Origin: an uncultured Terracidiphilus sp.
Lineage (GTDB): Bacteria; Acidobacteriota; Terriglobia; Terriglobales; Acidobacteriaceae
Direction of reading: 5' to 3'
NCBI GenBank assembly: GCA_964595845.1
Contig: CAZQRX010000002.1
Coordinates: forward strand, 7,592-71,591
DNA: 64,000 nt
In this document: piece after piece, positions 1 through 9,577 of the stretch
Layout: each line of letters starts with the position of its first letter
Numbering within the stretch: the first letter of the stretch is position 1
Notes under the pieces: model-generated
The model's input: the letters and a program-made list of their open reading frames with translations, nothing else
The model's database searches: none
Told to the model about the DNA's origin: nothing
Translations under genes and position numbers: made by a program

Positions 1-192
1 CGTCTGGGCGACGTAGCCGCGATGCACCAGCGTCTTGAGGATGCGATAGACGCTGGTCTTGGATATCCGCGTCTTCTGGAAGACATCTTCCAGAGAAACC
101 GGGGATTGGTTCTGCTCCAGCAGCTCGATCACGTCGAGGGCCTTGGAGAGAATCGGAATCAGGTAGAGCCGTTTGATCTTTGCCTTGGGCAC
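1..192 (-). CDS. IclR-type HTH transcriptional regulator, N-terminal part (runs off the window start)
   Basis: Not in the ORF track. Manual translation from GTG192 (GGAGA upstream): VPKAKIKRLYLIPILSKALDVIELLEQNQSPVSLEDVFQKTRISKTSVYRILKTLVHRGYVAQT, which fits the IclR HTH pattern. Confidence 0.85.
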   Translation of the reverse strand, partial: MPKAKIKRLYLIPILSKALDVIELLEQNQSPVSLEDVFQKTRISKTSVYRILKTLVHRGYVAQT

Positions 193-252
193 TGTTTCAT
201 CTCCACGCATGACCCGCCGCAAGAAGGAGGGTCGCTGATATGACTTACCACT

Positions 253-1446
253 TCAAGCGTAACCGACAGCGGCCGAACGGCGGCTGGTCCGTTCGCGGGC
301 GGCGCACTCCACGTAGCCGCCGGAGCGCAGCGCGGCCAGCGGATCGGCGGGCAGGCCTCGCGCCTCACGCCAGGCGGCGGCGAGGGGGCGCACATCGCTC
401 CAGAATGCGCCGCGGAAGATCTCCTCGGCCTCTACCAGCTCGCAGGATTGCTGAAAGAGCGCCAGTTGCTTGCGATCGACGAGGGCGGCCTTGAGCCATA
501 GCTCCTGCGCGGTGACCACGGTCTGCACCGTGGCTTCGATTTTGCCCTTCAGATTGTGGCTCTGATCGACCGTGAAAGCGATTCTGCCGCCCCGGCCCTC
601 GTCAATTGCCACATGAATCTCGTGGAAGATGCGGAAGATCTGGTAGGGATCGATGGAACCCAGGGTGAGATCGTCGTCGGCATAGCGGCGATCGTTGAAG
701 TGGAAGCCGCCGAGCAGGCCGGTGTGCAGCAGCCAGGCCACGATCTGTTCGATGTTCTGGGCAGGAAGGTGGTGGCCGGTATCGACCAGCACGCGGGCCT
801 GTGGACCGGCCACGCGCGCCAGGTGGGAGGACATTCCCCAGTCGGCGATATCGGTGTGATAAAAGGCCGGCTCGAAGGGCTTGTATTCGATCAGCAGCCG
901 CTGCTCCGGCGCCAAGTGGTCGTGAACAGCGCGCAGAGCCTCTTCCAGCCAGCCGATGCGATAGCGAATGCTCTGTGTGCCGGGGTAGTTGGAGCCGTCT
1001 GGCAGCCAAAGCGTGAGCTCGCTGGAGCCGAGCGCCTTGGCGATTTCGATGGAGTCGAGCACGTGGCCCATAGCCTGCTCCCGAATGACCGGCGAGGGAT
1101 TGCAGAGCGAGCCAAACTTGTACTCCTGATCCTGAAAGAGGTTGGGATTGATGGAGCCGGCGCGCACGCCGTACGTTTTCTCCAGAGCCTGCACCTCGGG
1201 AACATCCGCGATGCCGTTGGGCAGATCCCACAGGACGTGCAAAGCCATCGTGGGCGTTACTCCGGTGAGGCGGTTGACCTCGGCGGCATCGGCAAACTTC
1301 TCCTCGATTGTGGATGCGGCGGCAGCCTGGGTGTATTTGCCAAAGCGGGTGCCGGTGTCGGCGAATCCCCAGGAGGGAATCTCGATCTGGAAAGAATCCA
1401 GAGCTTGCACTGCCCGGTCGAAAACCGCTGATTCCGATGCTGCCAT
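253..1446 (-). CDS. rhaI: L-rhamnose isomerase (xylose-isomerase-like TIM barrel, RhaI type)
   Basis: Motifs IEIPSWGFADTGTRF, LWLPDGSNYPG, IEYKPFEPAFYHTD, VDTGHH, GGFHFND-ADDDL, DQSHNLK. Confidence 0.85.
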   Translation of the reverse strand: MAASESAVFDRAVQALDSFQIEIPSWGFADTGTRFGKYTQAAAASTIEEKFADAAEVNRLTGVTPTMALHVLWDLPNGIADVPEVQALEKTYGVRAGSINPNLFQDQEYKFGSLCNPSPVIREQAMGHVLDSIEIAKALGSSELTLWLPDGSNYPGTQSIRYRIGWLEEALRAVHDHLAPEQRLLIEYKPFEPAFYHTDIADWGMSSHLARVAGPQARVLVDTGHHLPAQNIEQIVAWLLHTGLLGGFHFNDRRYADDDLTLGSIDPYQIFRIFHEIHVAIDEGRGGRIAFTVDQSHNLKGKIEATVQTVVTAQELWLKAALVDRKQLALFQQSCELVEAEEIFRGAFWSDVRPLAAAWREARGLPADPLAALRSGGYVECAARERTSRRSAAVGYA

Positions 1447-1452
1447 GATGGT

Positions 1453-2187
1453 TTACCTCACCTTTGTCGATCCGGTTTCCGCCGGCCTCTGATCTGGATT
1501 CATCTCCTCATCGTTCTTCGCCGTCAAACTCTCATCGCGCACCAGGATCACCTGGAGGAAACGCGGTCCATGGACGCCCTTGATGCGTGTCATTTCAATG
1601 TCCGCCGTGGCGCTGGGCCCAGAGATCCAGGTGATGAGTACCGGAGGCTGCTGGCAGTGGGCAAAGTACTCGGGCAGCGTCTCCACCACCTGGCTGGCGC
1701 GGAGAATGATAAGGTGCCAGTCGGGCAGCAGCGAAAGCACGCGACGGCCCTCGTCGGCGGAGTGGTGCAGCACAATGGTTCCCGAATCGGCGATTCCGCA
1801 GGAGGCGGCGGTAACGACGCCTTCAGTCTGCTCGATCTCGGCGGTCGCAAGATTACGGTCGATCTTCCAGTCGAAGCCCTCGGCCAGCCACTCGACGGGC
1901 AGCCCTTCCGGCGCTACGAAGCAGTGCCGGCCGCTGGCGGCGAGCTGCGCTTTGATCGTGGACGGCAACGCCGCCGGTGTTGTCTCGACTACCTCGGCGT
2001 CGTACTCGCGCAGGCGCTGAATCATCAGTTGCAGCCGGTCTTCGGCGCTGAGTTGGCCGTGGCATGTGTAGGTGCGGGGCAGCGCCGCATAAGCCTCCGC
2101 CCTCATCGCGGGATCCTGGGCGCAATCCAGGGTTGCCGCGCGGATACGTTTCAGGATTTGCTGCCGCGATTGGAGAGGAGCGCTCAT
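1453..2187 (-). CDS. lutC: Lactate utilization protein LutC/YkgG (LUD domain)
   Basis: GIADSGT, GRRVLSLLP, ISGPSATADIE, GVHGP. ATG2187 overlaps the lutB stop. Confidence 0.9.
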   Translation of the reverse strand: MSAPLQSRQQILKRIRAATLDCAQDPAMRAEAYAALPRTYTCHGQLSAEDRLQLMIQRLREYDAEVVETTPAALPSTIKAQLAASGRHCFVAPEGLPVEWLAEGFDWKIDRNLATAEIEQTEGVVTAASCGIADSGTIVLHHSADEGRRVLSLLPDWHLIILRASQVVETLPEYFAHCQQPPVLITWISGPSATADIEMTRIKGVHGPRFLQVILVRDESLTAKNDEEMNPDQRPAETGSTKVR

Positions 2188-3653
2188 AGGGCCTCCTCGT
2201 CCGGCTGGGGGCGCTTTGCCCACCACTCATGGAAGCTCTCATCGGGCAGGCCGCGCAGGTCGCGCGTCTGGGTCCACTTCGCGCCGATAGAGGGCAGCGA
2301 ATGAATCCATCCGTCCTTGCGGGTAAACAGCCCCAGGCCAATGCGCCCCAGCCGCTGTGCCGCATGGAAGAGCCAGGCTCTGGAAAAGAGCAGATTGGCG
2401 ATACGCAGGCCCATGTACATGGGATCGAAGAGGCGATCTCCCTCCCGGCGCTCCTGGTTGACCACCTGCGCGCGCAGTTCGAGCAGCACCTCGGGAATGT
2501 TGATCTTCACCGGGCAGACTTCATAGCATGCGCCGCAGAGCGATGAGGCATAGGGCAGCGACCGCGCATACTTCATCCGCATCAGTTGCGGCGTCAGAAT
2601 CGCGCCGATCGGCCCCGGATAGACCGAGCCGTAGGCATGGCCGCCGGTCTGCCGGTAGACCGGGCAGGCGTTCATGCAAGCCGCGCAGCGGATGCACTTG
2701 AGCGTCTGCCGCTGTCTGGGTTTGGCGAGGATCGAGGAGCGCCCATTGTCCAGCAGCACCACATGGAAGCTCTGCGGGCCGTCGCCGGCGGTGACGCCCG
2801 TCCATAGAGAGGTGTAGGGGTTCATGCGCTCGCCAGTGGCAGAGCGGGCCAGCAACTGCAGCATCACTTCCAGGTCCTGGAAGCGCGGCAGCACCTTCTC
2901 GATCCCGGCCAGCGTGATCATCGTCCGCGGCAGCGTAAGGCACATGCGGCCGTTGCCCTCAGATTCGACCACGGCTACAGAGCCGGTCTCGGCAATCAAA
3001 AAATTCGCTCCGCTGATCGCCGTCGGAATGGAAAGAAACTTCTGCCGCAGGTAAGTGCGGGCAGCGTTGGTCAGCTCTTTGGGATCGTCGGAGAGGTTCT
3101 TCAGCCCCATGCGGCGCGCAAAGATCTCGCGCACCTGGCTGCGATTCACGTGCAGCGCCGGCACAACGATGTGCGACGGCTCCTGCTCGCCCAGTTGCAG
3201 GATGATCTCGGCCAGATCGGTCTCGAAGGCGCTCACCCCGTTGGCCTCAAGGAAGGGATTCAACTGAATCTCTGCCGAGGTCATGGTCTTGATCTTGATA
3301 ACCTCGCTGGCCTTCTCCTGGCGCAGCAGATCGAGGATGATGCGGCGCGCCTCATCCGCATCGGCGGCCCAGTGTACCGTGCCTCCGGCGACCGTGCAGC
3401 GCTCTTCAAACTGCTCCAGGTACGCGCCCAGATTCTCCAGCGCATGAGCGCGAATCGCCGAGGCTGCCGCGCGCAGCTCCTGCCAATCGGTTTTCTCGGC
3501 CACCAACTTGCCGCGCTTGGCCTGGATCACGTCGATGGCGTGGGCCACGTTCTTGCGCAGTTGCGGGTTGCGCAGCACCGGCAGGACAGCCATGGGAAAC
3601 GGAAGCGCCTTGCACGGATCGAGCTCGGCGTGGCTGCTGGCCGTTTGGCTCAT
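2184..3653 (-). CDS. lutB: Lactate utilization Fe-S protein LutB/LldF
   Basis: ETDLAE, PSHIVVPALH, ESEGNGR, CIRCAACMNACPVY, YPGPIG, SSLCGACYEVCPVKI. Confidence 0.93.
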   Translation of the reverse strand: MSQTASSHAELDPCKALPFPMAVLPVLRNPQLRKNVAHAIDVIQAKRGKLVAEKTDWQELRAAASAIRAHALENLGAYLEQFEERCTVAGGTVHWAADADEARRIILDLLRQEKASEVIKIKTMTSAEIQLNPFLEANGVSAFETDLAEIILQLGEQEPSHIVVPALHVNRSQVREIFARRMGLKNLSDDPKELTNAARTYLRQKFLSIPTAISGANFLIAETGSVAVVESEGNGRMCLTLPRTMITLAGIEKVLPRFQDLEVMLQLLARSATGERMNPYTSLWTGVTAGDGPQSFHVVLLDNGRSSILAKPRQRQTLKCIRCAACMNACPVYRQTGGHAYGSVYPGPIGAILTPQLMRMKYARSLPYASSLCGACYEVCPVKINIPEVLLELRAQVVNQERREGDRLFDPMYMGLRIANLLFSRAWLFHAAQRLGRIGLGLFTRKDGWIHSLPSIGAKWTQTRDLRGLPDESFHEWWAKRPQPDEEAL

Positions 3654-4402
3654 AGCGTCGCCTCCGCCGGTGCGTCTTCCGTACTGGCCAGAATCTCAGC
3701 CAGATGAATCGTCTTCATCCCCGCATATTGGCGATGCATTGCGCCGCCCAGATGCATCAGGCAACTGTTGTCCAGCGCCGTGCAGTATTCCGCGCCGGTC
3801 GCGATCACGTCCTGCAGCTTTACGGCCAGCATCGCCGACGAGACCTCTGCATTCTTCACCGAGAAGGTTCCGCCGAAGCCGCAGCAGCGATCAACGTTCG
3901 CGAGCGGCGCCAGCGCCAGCCCGCGCACCTTGGCCAGCAGCCGGTAAGGCCGCTCGCCCAGATGCAGCGCGCGCACGCCGTGGCAACTGGCGTGGTAGGT
4001 GACGCGATGAGGAAAGGATGCGCCTACATCTTCCACGCCCAGCCGGTCGATGAGAAACTCGCTCAGCTCGAAGACCCTGGGCAGCAGCGCCGCGTACTGC
4101 CTGCGCAGTTCTTCATTGCCCAGCTCCTCAAACAGGCCGGGGTACTGATCGCGCATCATCGCCACGCAGGACGAGGAGGGAATCACCACCGTCTCGGCCT
4201 CTTGGTAGAGGCGAACGAAGCGCTTGGCCTGCGAGAAGGCCTCGCTGCGGAAGCCGGTGTTGGCGTGCATCTGTCCGCAGCAGGTCTGCTGGGGGTGGAA
4301 GTCCACATCGACGCCCAGCCGCTCCAGCAGGCGCACTACCGCTCTGCCGGTCTCCGGGTAGAGTGTGTCGTTATAGCAGGTGATAAAAAGCGAAGCGCGC
4401 AT
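3650..4402 (-). CDS. lutA: Lactate utilization protein LutA/YkgE (CCG-domain Fe-S protein)
   Basis: LFITC, QTCCGQ, YHASCH, CCGFGGTFSVK. Start placed at ATG4402 (MRASLFIT). Confidence 0.92.
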   Translation of the reverse strand: MRASLFITCYNDTLYPETGRAVVRLLERLGVDVDFHPQQTCCGQMHANTGFRSEAFSQAKRFVRLYQEAETVVIPSSSCVAMMRDQYPGLFEELGNEELRRQYAALLPRVFELSEFLIDRLGVEDVGASFPHRVTYHASCHGVRALHLGERPYRLLAKVRGLALAPLANVDRCCGFGGTFSVKNAEVSSAMLAVKLQDVIATGAEYCTALDNSCLMHLGGAMHRQYAGMKTIHLAEILASTEDAPAEATL

Positions 4403-4488
4403 CACTGCCACCGATTGCCGTAAAGCTATAGCATGAAAAGGAATAATATTCGATAGAAGTACAATTTGTCTATTGCATAATATGACGA

Positions 4489-4532
4489 GGTGGCCCAAGT
4501 CCCGCGTTTGGGACCTGAGAAACGCGAACCTC
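4489..4532 (+). repeat. REP-like palindrome, GGTG(C/G)CCCA family
   Basis: ggtggcccaagtccc-gcgttt-gggacctgagaaacgcgaacctc. Same head and stem as 45974-46008 and 47214-47246; same tail as 46043-46060. Confidence 0.65.
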
Positions 4533-4547
4533 AGTCAGCCTCGTTCC

Positions 4548-5195
4548 TCAGGCGCGAAAGTTGCGGATAATCGCCATGTACTCACGCGCGGTCTGGGTGA
4601 TCAGCTCGGGCTTGCCGTCGGCAATGGCATGGGGAGTGACCAGGTCGCCGCCCACGCCGAGGGCAAAGGCTCCAGCGGCGAGAAACTCCGCCGCGGTCGC
4701 CAGCGAAACTCCTCCGGTGGGAATAAGCTCGATCTGCGGCAGCGGGGCTTTCAACGCCTTCAGGTACTTTGCCCCGCCCAACGCGCTGCACGGAAAGACC
4801 TTAACTACATCGGCGCCGGCCTCCCAGGCAGTCACCACCTCCGTCGGCGTCAGCGCTCCCGGCATTACCGGCACGCTGTAGCGGCGGCAGATCTCGATCG
4901 TTCTCACATTCAGCGACGGGCTGACAATGAACTCCGCGCCGGCCATCATGCAGGCGCGCGCGGTCTCCGGGTCCAGGACCGTGCCCGCTCCGATGAGAAT
5001 GCGCCCCTGGGTCTCTTGCACCAGTTGGCGGATCACTTCAATCGCTCCAGGAACCGTCATCGTAACTTCGAGAGCGGTAACTCCTCCGGCCTCGATGGCC
5101 TCAGCAAGAACCAGCGCTTCTTCACTCGAGTGAGCGCGCAGCACCGGCAGCAGACCTATCTCGCGTATGCGCTTCAGTACATCTTCCTTCTTCAT
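4548..5195 (-). CDS. eda: KDPG/KHG aldolase
   Basis: LEVTM, IGAGTVL, GAEFIVSP, PGALTPTE, VKVFP, PTGGV. Confidence 0.93.
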   Translation of the reverse strand: MKKEDVLKRIREIGLLPVLRAHSSEEALVLAEAIEAGGVTALEVTMTVPGAIEVIRQLVQETQGRILIGAGTVLDPETARACMMAGAEFIVSPSLNVRTIEICRRYSVPVMPGALTPTEVVTAWEAGADVVKVFPCSALGGAKYLKALKAPLPQIELIPTGGVSLATAAEFLAAGAFALGVGGDLVTPHAIADGKPELITQTAREYMAIIRNFRA

Positions 5196-5245
5196 CGTCA
5201 TTCCTTTATTCTCTGCGACTATGGCTCATGCCGCCTGTTGAGCAA

Positions 5246-6349
5246 TCATCGCGAGATGCGCGCCGCTCCGCCGCCCATCACGCGGAGCACTTCGGCAAGA
5301 GTCGCCGTGCTGGTATCACCGGGCGTCGTCATGGCCAGAGCGCCGTGCGCCACGCCGCACTTCATCGCCCATTCCATGTCCTTGCCGGCCAGCAAGCCGT
5401 AGATCAGTCCGGAAGCAAAAGAGTCGCCGCCTCCCACACGATCCAGAATCTCCACATTCCGCTGCGGCACGTGCACGATGCCGCCGCTATAGAGCGCGAT
5501 CGCGCCCCATGCGTTCTCCGACGCGGAGTGCGCGGTGCGCAATGTGGATGCAATGACCTTCAGGTTGGGGTAAACGGCGGAGAGTTCGCGCAGCATCTTC
5601 TCGTAACTCGCGATGGGAAGCTCGTCGAAGCTCTCGCTGACGCCTTCCATCTTCACTCCCAGCACAGCGGAAAAATCCTCCTCGTTGCCGAAGAGAATAT
5701 CTACCTTGCGCACTAACTCGCGATTCACCTCCTGCGCCTTGGCCTTGCCTCCGATCGCCTTCCACAGCGACTCGCGGTAATTCAAATCGTAGGAGACAAC
5801 TGTCCCCGCCGCCCGCGCCGCATCCATCGCTTCGGCGGCAACGATACGGGTGGTATCGGAGAGCGCAGCAAAGATTCCGCCGGTGTGCAGCCAGCGTGAA
5901 CCCATTTGCGGGCCGAAGATTTGCGGCCAATCATAATCGCCGGAGACAAGTTGCGAGACCGCGGTGTTGCCACGATCCGAGCATCCCAGCGCGGCGCGGA
6001 CGCCAAAGCCCCTCTCAGTGAAGTTCAGGCCATTGCGAACCGCGCGGCCTACTCCGTCGTAGGGCTTCCAGCGGACCAGCTCCTGATCGACGCCGCCTTG
6101 CAGCATCAGGTCTTCCACCAGGCGTCCGACAGGATTGTCGGCCAGCGCCGTTGCGATCGCGGTGCGCAGGCCGAAGCAGCGGCGCAGCCCGCGAGCTACG
6201 TTGTATTCGCCTCCGCCCTCCGATGCGCGAAAAATGCGCGCCGTATGAATTCGATCATCGCCCGGATCAAGGCGCAGCATGACCTCACCCATACTCACGC
6301 AATCCCAGCGCGCCGATCCGGCGGCTTTCACATTCGGCAAATCATTCAT
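5246..6349 (-). CDS. kdgK: PfkB-family sugar kinase (2-keto-3-deoxygluconate kinase)
   Basis: GEVMLRL, GGGEYNVA, SYDLNYR, DRVGGGDSFASG; adjacent to eda. Start placed at ATG6349. Confidence 0.85.
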   Translation of the reverse strand: MNDLPNVKAAGSARWDCVSMGEVMLRLDPGDDRIHTARIFRASEGGGEYNVARGLRRCFGLRTAIATALADNPVGRLVEDLMLQGGVDQELVRWKPYDGVGRAVRNGLNFTERGFGVRAALGCSDRGNTAVSQLVSGDYDWPQIFGPQMGSRWLHTGGIFAALSDTTRIVAAEAMDAARAAGTVVSYDLNYRESLWKAIGGKAKAQEVNRELVRKVDILFGNEEDFSAVLGVKMEGVSESFDELPIASYEKMLRELSAVYPNLKVIASTLRTAHSASENAWGAIALYSGGIVHVPQRNVEILDRVGGGDSFASGLIYGLLAGKDMEWAMKCGVAHGALAMTTPGDTSTATLAEVLRVMGGGAARISR

Positions 6350-6425
6350 CTCATTCTCACCGAAATGATTATCAGCCAATCCACAATCGCAAGGAAGCAT
6401 GGATCGAGCATGCGAATGCCTTTCA

Positions 6426-7772
6426 TTATTGCAGATCGAGCAATGGACGTTCACTCGGCGGCGAATGGCCTGTGCTTACATCCTCTCCCGCGCGCCGCGC
6501 ATAGGCCCACAGATAGAAGATGGCTACCATCAATAAAATGAGCGGGGCTGGCCGGAGCAGCGCAAGGGTCAGCATCTTTCCCAGAAATCCCGCGCTGTTG
6601 AGGTGCAGGCCATTGGCAATCGAGGCGAGAATGGCCAGGGGAATATCTCCGGTGAAGACCAGCCCGGCAGCTGTCACCAGAAAGGCAAACCAGCGGATCG
6701 GACCGCCCTCGGCCCAGAGCATGGCGCAGGCAGGAACCGTGAGCAGCAGCAGCTTGCTGTCATAGTAGTGATGACCGGCCGGCAGCATGGTGATCGCCGC
6801 GATGGATGCGAGCGCAAGCCAGGCTCTGAGCGGCATGAAGCGCGCGCGCAGAGTCAGAAGCGACCAGGCAAGCAGCAGCGCGCCGGAAAGCAGCCAGGCG
6901 GCCGTATTGTAGAAGCGCGGATTGTCCCAGAAGATGCTCAGCGCCGATTGCAGATTGACGACGCCCGAGCGTCCGTAAGCGCGCAATGCGGCGAGGCCAG
7001 GGTCATTGATCCCCCCCGGAGCCGAAAAAGACAGGAGATTGGAGCGCCATTCCCTCATCCAATGCGGCGCAATGTGCCAGACCCATAGTACGGAGGGCAG
7101 GCATAAGAGAACCGCGGCGAGCAGAGTTTGCAGCGCGCGTTTGCGGTAGACTCCTCCCGCCAGCAGAAAGTACAGCCAGACCAGTCCGGCATCATGGGGC
7201 TTGAGGGCGAGGCTGAAGGCAAGACAGAGAATGCCGGCGGCGGCAAAGCGCCCGCGAAGAAAGCACCATACGGCCACGATGCATAGACTGATCGAGATTC
7301 CCGCCGAATTGCAGAGAACCACCAGTATTTCGCTGTTGACTAGAAGAAAGGCAAGGAGAACTCCGCAGACGATTGGAGCAGAATCCGCCCCGCTCTCCCA
7401 GATCAGAAACGAGGCAAAGAGGAAACTGCCAACTGTAAGCGTCATCCAGAGTATGTGCGCCGGCCCCCAGGGCAGCAACGCGAAGGGAAGCGTGAAGGAA
7501 AACGCGGTTGGAAGGTAAAAATACCGCTTGGTCACCGGGTGCTGGTTCGGATCAATGAATGGACGGTACTCTTTCCCAGCCTCATAAACACGCAGGACTT
7601 CATTTTCGTTGTACGGGTCACTGTGCTGAAGAAGGCATCGGGCGGGATTGTAAAGGACCGCGAAATCCAGCATCGGGGTTTTGGAATCCTTCTCCGAAAC
7701 CATGCCGATCCCAGTAAAAACAATGCTGCCGAAGAGCAGAAGATAGAGGCCATTCAGCCGCGCTTGAGTCAT
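6426..7772 (-). CDS. GT87/DUF2029-like polytopic membrane glycosyltransferase (GT-C), paralog 1
   Basis: First-loop DF..LY...DPY, then YFYLP, LALKPH, many TM segments. Strongly similar to 7848-9200. Confidence 0.78.
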   Translation of the reverse strand: MTQARLNGLYLLLFGSIVFTGIGMVSEKDSKTPMLDFAVLYNPARCLLQHSDPYNENEVLRVYEAGKEYRPFIDPNQHPVTKRYFYLPTAFSFTLPFALLPWGPAHILWMTLTVGSFLFASFLIWESGADSAPIVCGVLLAFLLVNSEILVVLCNSAGISISLCIVAVWCFLRGRFAAAGILCLAFSLALKPHDAGLVWLYFLLAGGVYRKRALQTLLAAVLLCLPSVLWVWHIAPHWMREWRSNLLSFSAPGGINDPGLAALRAYGRSGVVNLQSALSIFWDNPRFYNTAAWLLSGALLLAWSLLTLRARFMPLRAWLALASIAAITMLPAGHHYYDSKLLLLTVPACAMLWAEGGPIRWFAFLVTAAGLVFTGDIPLAILASIANGLHLNSAGFLGKMLTLALLRPAPLILLMVAIFYLWAYARRAGEDVSTGHSPPSERPLLDLQ

Positions 7773-7847
7773 GATCCGCTTCTCCCTTGGCACGAAACGC
7801 CGCAATTGAATGCTGATATAGAGCGGCCGTCTTCGCAGTGGATTGGA

Positions 7848-9200
7848 TTACTCCCGCGCGAACGCAAGAGACGTATCTGTCTGTTCTCCCGTCTTTGCCG
7901 CCGCAACGCGCGCTGCGCCGCTGCGCAGATACACCCACAGATAGAAGATACCCATCGCCAGCATGAGGAACGGGATGGGCCTGAGCAAAATGACCATGAA
8001 AATCTGTTTGAGTAATCCATTTGTGGATAGACTCAGCTTTCTGGTGAGAATCAGGAAAATTGCCAAGGGGAAATCGGATGTCAGCACAATCGCCGCGCCG
8101 TTCAGCAGCAGCGCAATCCTCCGCGTCGTACCGCCCTGGGCGCAGAGCATGGCGCAGGCCGGCACGGTCAGCAGCAGCAGCTTGGCGTCGATGATGCGGT
8201 GATAGCCCACAAGCATGGTGAAAGAGGCAACTGCGGCGAGCGCAAGCTTTGCCGACGGCTGAGAAAAGCGCGCTCTGAGAGTGTGAACCGACCATATCAG
8301 CAGAAGTGTCCCGCAAATCAGATAGCTGACCGGATTGTAGAAGCGCGGATCGTCTCGGAAGACGCTGAGGATGGATTGCAGATTGATGAGCATTCCGATT
8401 TGGTGACCCGTGCTGGAAGCGGGGCCGGGATCGGAAAGATAGCCGTGCGTCGATTCTGTCAGCAGATTCGAGGACAATTCCGAGAGCCAATGCGGCGCAA
8501 CGTGTGTGACCCACAGAACAACCGGCAGACCCAGAGCAAGGATCATCGCGAGGGTTTGCAGCGCCCGCTTCCGATAAACCCCGCCCGCCAACAGGAAGTA
8601 AAGCCAAACCAAACCTGCGTCATGAGGCTTGATTGCCAGGCTGACCGCCAGACACAAGATGCCCGCGGGCACAAACCGGTCCTGAAGGAAGCACCAGACG
8701 GCCACAAGGCAGAGACTGACGGAGAGCCCGGCGGAGTTGCCAAAGACAAAAAGCATTTCGCTGTTGGCAAGAACAAAGCAGATCAGGAAGAGGGAAACGC
8801 CTGGCGAAGAGTCGCCGGCGAGGTTCCACACCAGGAAAGCGGCTAAAAGGAGACTGCCCGCGGTGAGAATCACCCACAGTATATGCGCAAGTCCAAACGG
8901 CAGCAGCGCGAAGGGAGCGGTGATCATGAATGTGGTCGGCGGGTAGATATACAGCGATAGAACTTCATGGAACGAGGCTGAGGGAGCTACTCGGCCTCTC
9001 CCTTCCGCCAGATAAACACGCAGCGGTTCGCCCACTTTGTAAGGATCTAAATGTTGAACCAGGCATCGCGCGGCGTAATAGACCGCTTTGAAATCTCCCA
9101 TCCCGTTGGGCGTGATGCACGCGCCGGTATAACCCAGGAATACAGATATCCCTCCGCAAAATAGCAGCCGGAAGAGAGCTGTCCGTCGCGTCCTTGTCAT
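7848..9200 (-). CDS. GT87/DUF2029-like polytopic membrane glycosyltransferase (GT-C), paralog 2
   Basis: GDFKAVYY...DPY, YIYPP, LAIKPH. Shares KPHDAGLVWLYFLLAGGVYRKRALQTL with paralog 1. Start uncertain (9200-9218). Confidence 0.8.
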   Translation of the reverse strand: MTRTRRTALFRLLFCGGISVFLGYTGACITPNGMGDFKAVYYAARCLVQHLDPYKVGEPLRVYLAEGRGRVAPSASFHEVLSLYIYPPTTFMITAPFALLPFGLAHILWVILTAGSLLLAAFLVWNLAGDSSPGVSLFLICFVLANSEMLFVFGNSAGLSVSLCLVAVWCFLQDRFVPAGILCLAVSLAIKPHDAGLVWLYFLLAGGVYRKRALQTLAMILALGLPVVLWVTHVAPHWLSELSSNLLTESTHGYLSDPGPASSTGHQIGMLINLQSILSVFRDDPRFYNPVSYLICGTLLLIWSVHTLRARFSQPSAKLALAAVASFTMLVGYHRIIDAKLLLLTVPACAMLCAQGGTTRRIALLLNGAAIVLTSDFPLAIFLILTRKLSLSTNGLLKQIFMVILLRPIPFLMLAMGIFYLWVYLRSGAARVAAAKTGEQTDTSLAFARE

Positions 9201-9293
9201 GTTCATGTACAGTTTCATTACTCGAGTATCCCGGCAGCTTGGGGCAGGAGCCTTGGCTGCGCGGGGAGTGATTTCGATCCCAAGAAACGGCCC

Positions 9294-9348
9294 AAAAAAG
9301 CAGAGGAGAGAACACGCCGGCAAATGATTTGCCCAGCGTGTCTCTCCC
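9294..9348 (-). terminator. Rho-independent terminator after the last pilin
   Basis: Minus strand GGAGAG-ACACGCT-GGGCAAA/TTTGCC-GGCGTGT-TCTCTCC hairpin followed by tctgcTTTTTT. Confidence 0.7.
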
Positions 9349-9394
9349 GCGCGGCAACGAAGGCGATCCATTGCGGTGCTCAGACCCTGAGCTG

Positions 9395-9577
9395 CTAGAA
9401 TGCCGCGATTGCTCTGTTCAGGATCGCGACGATAGGGGCGCTCACAGTTCCCACGGAAGCGACCACAAAAGCTACAATCAGCGCAAGAAGCAGTGCATAT
9501 TCAAACATATCCTGACCGTCCTCGCGCCTCATCAAGCAATACAACTTGAAGATGAGTCTTTGATATCTGGGCCGCAT
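9395..9577 (-). CDS. flp: Flp-family type IVc pilin (divergent copy 3)
   Basis: 60 aa; G|QDMFEY cleavage motif followed by a hydrophobic helix; GAGG RBS. Confidence 0.88.
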   Translation of the reverse strand: MRPRYQRLIFKLYCLMRREDGQDMFEYALLLALIVAFVVASVGTVSAPIVAILNRAIAAF

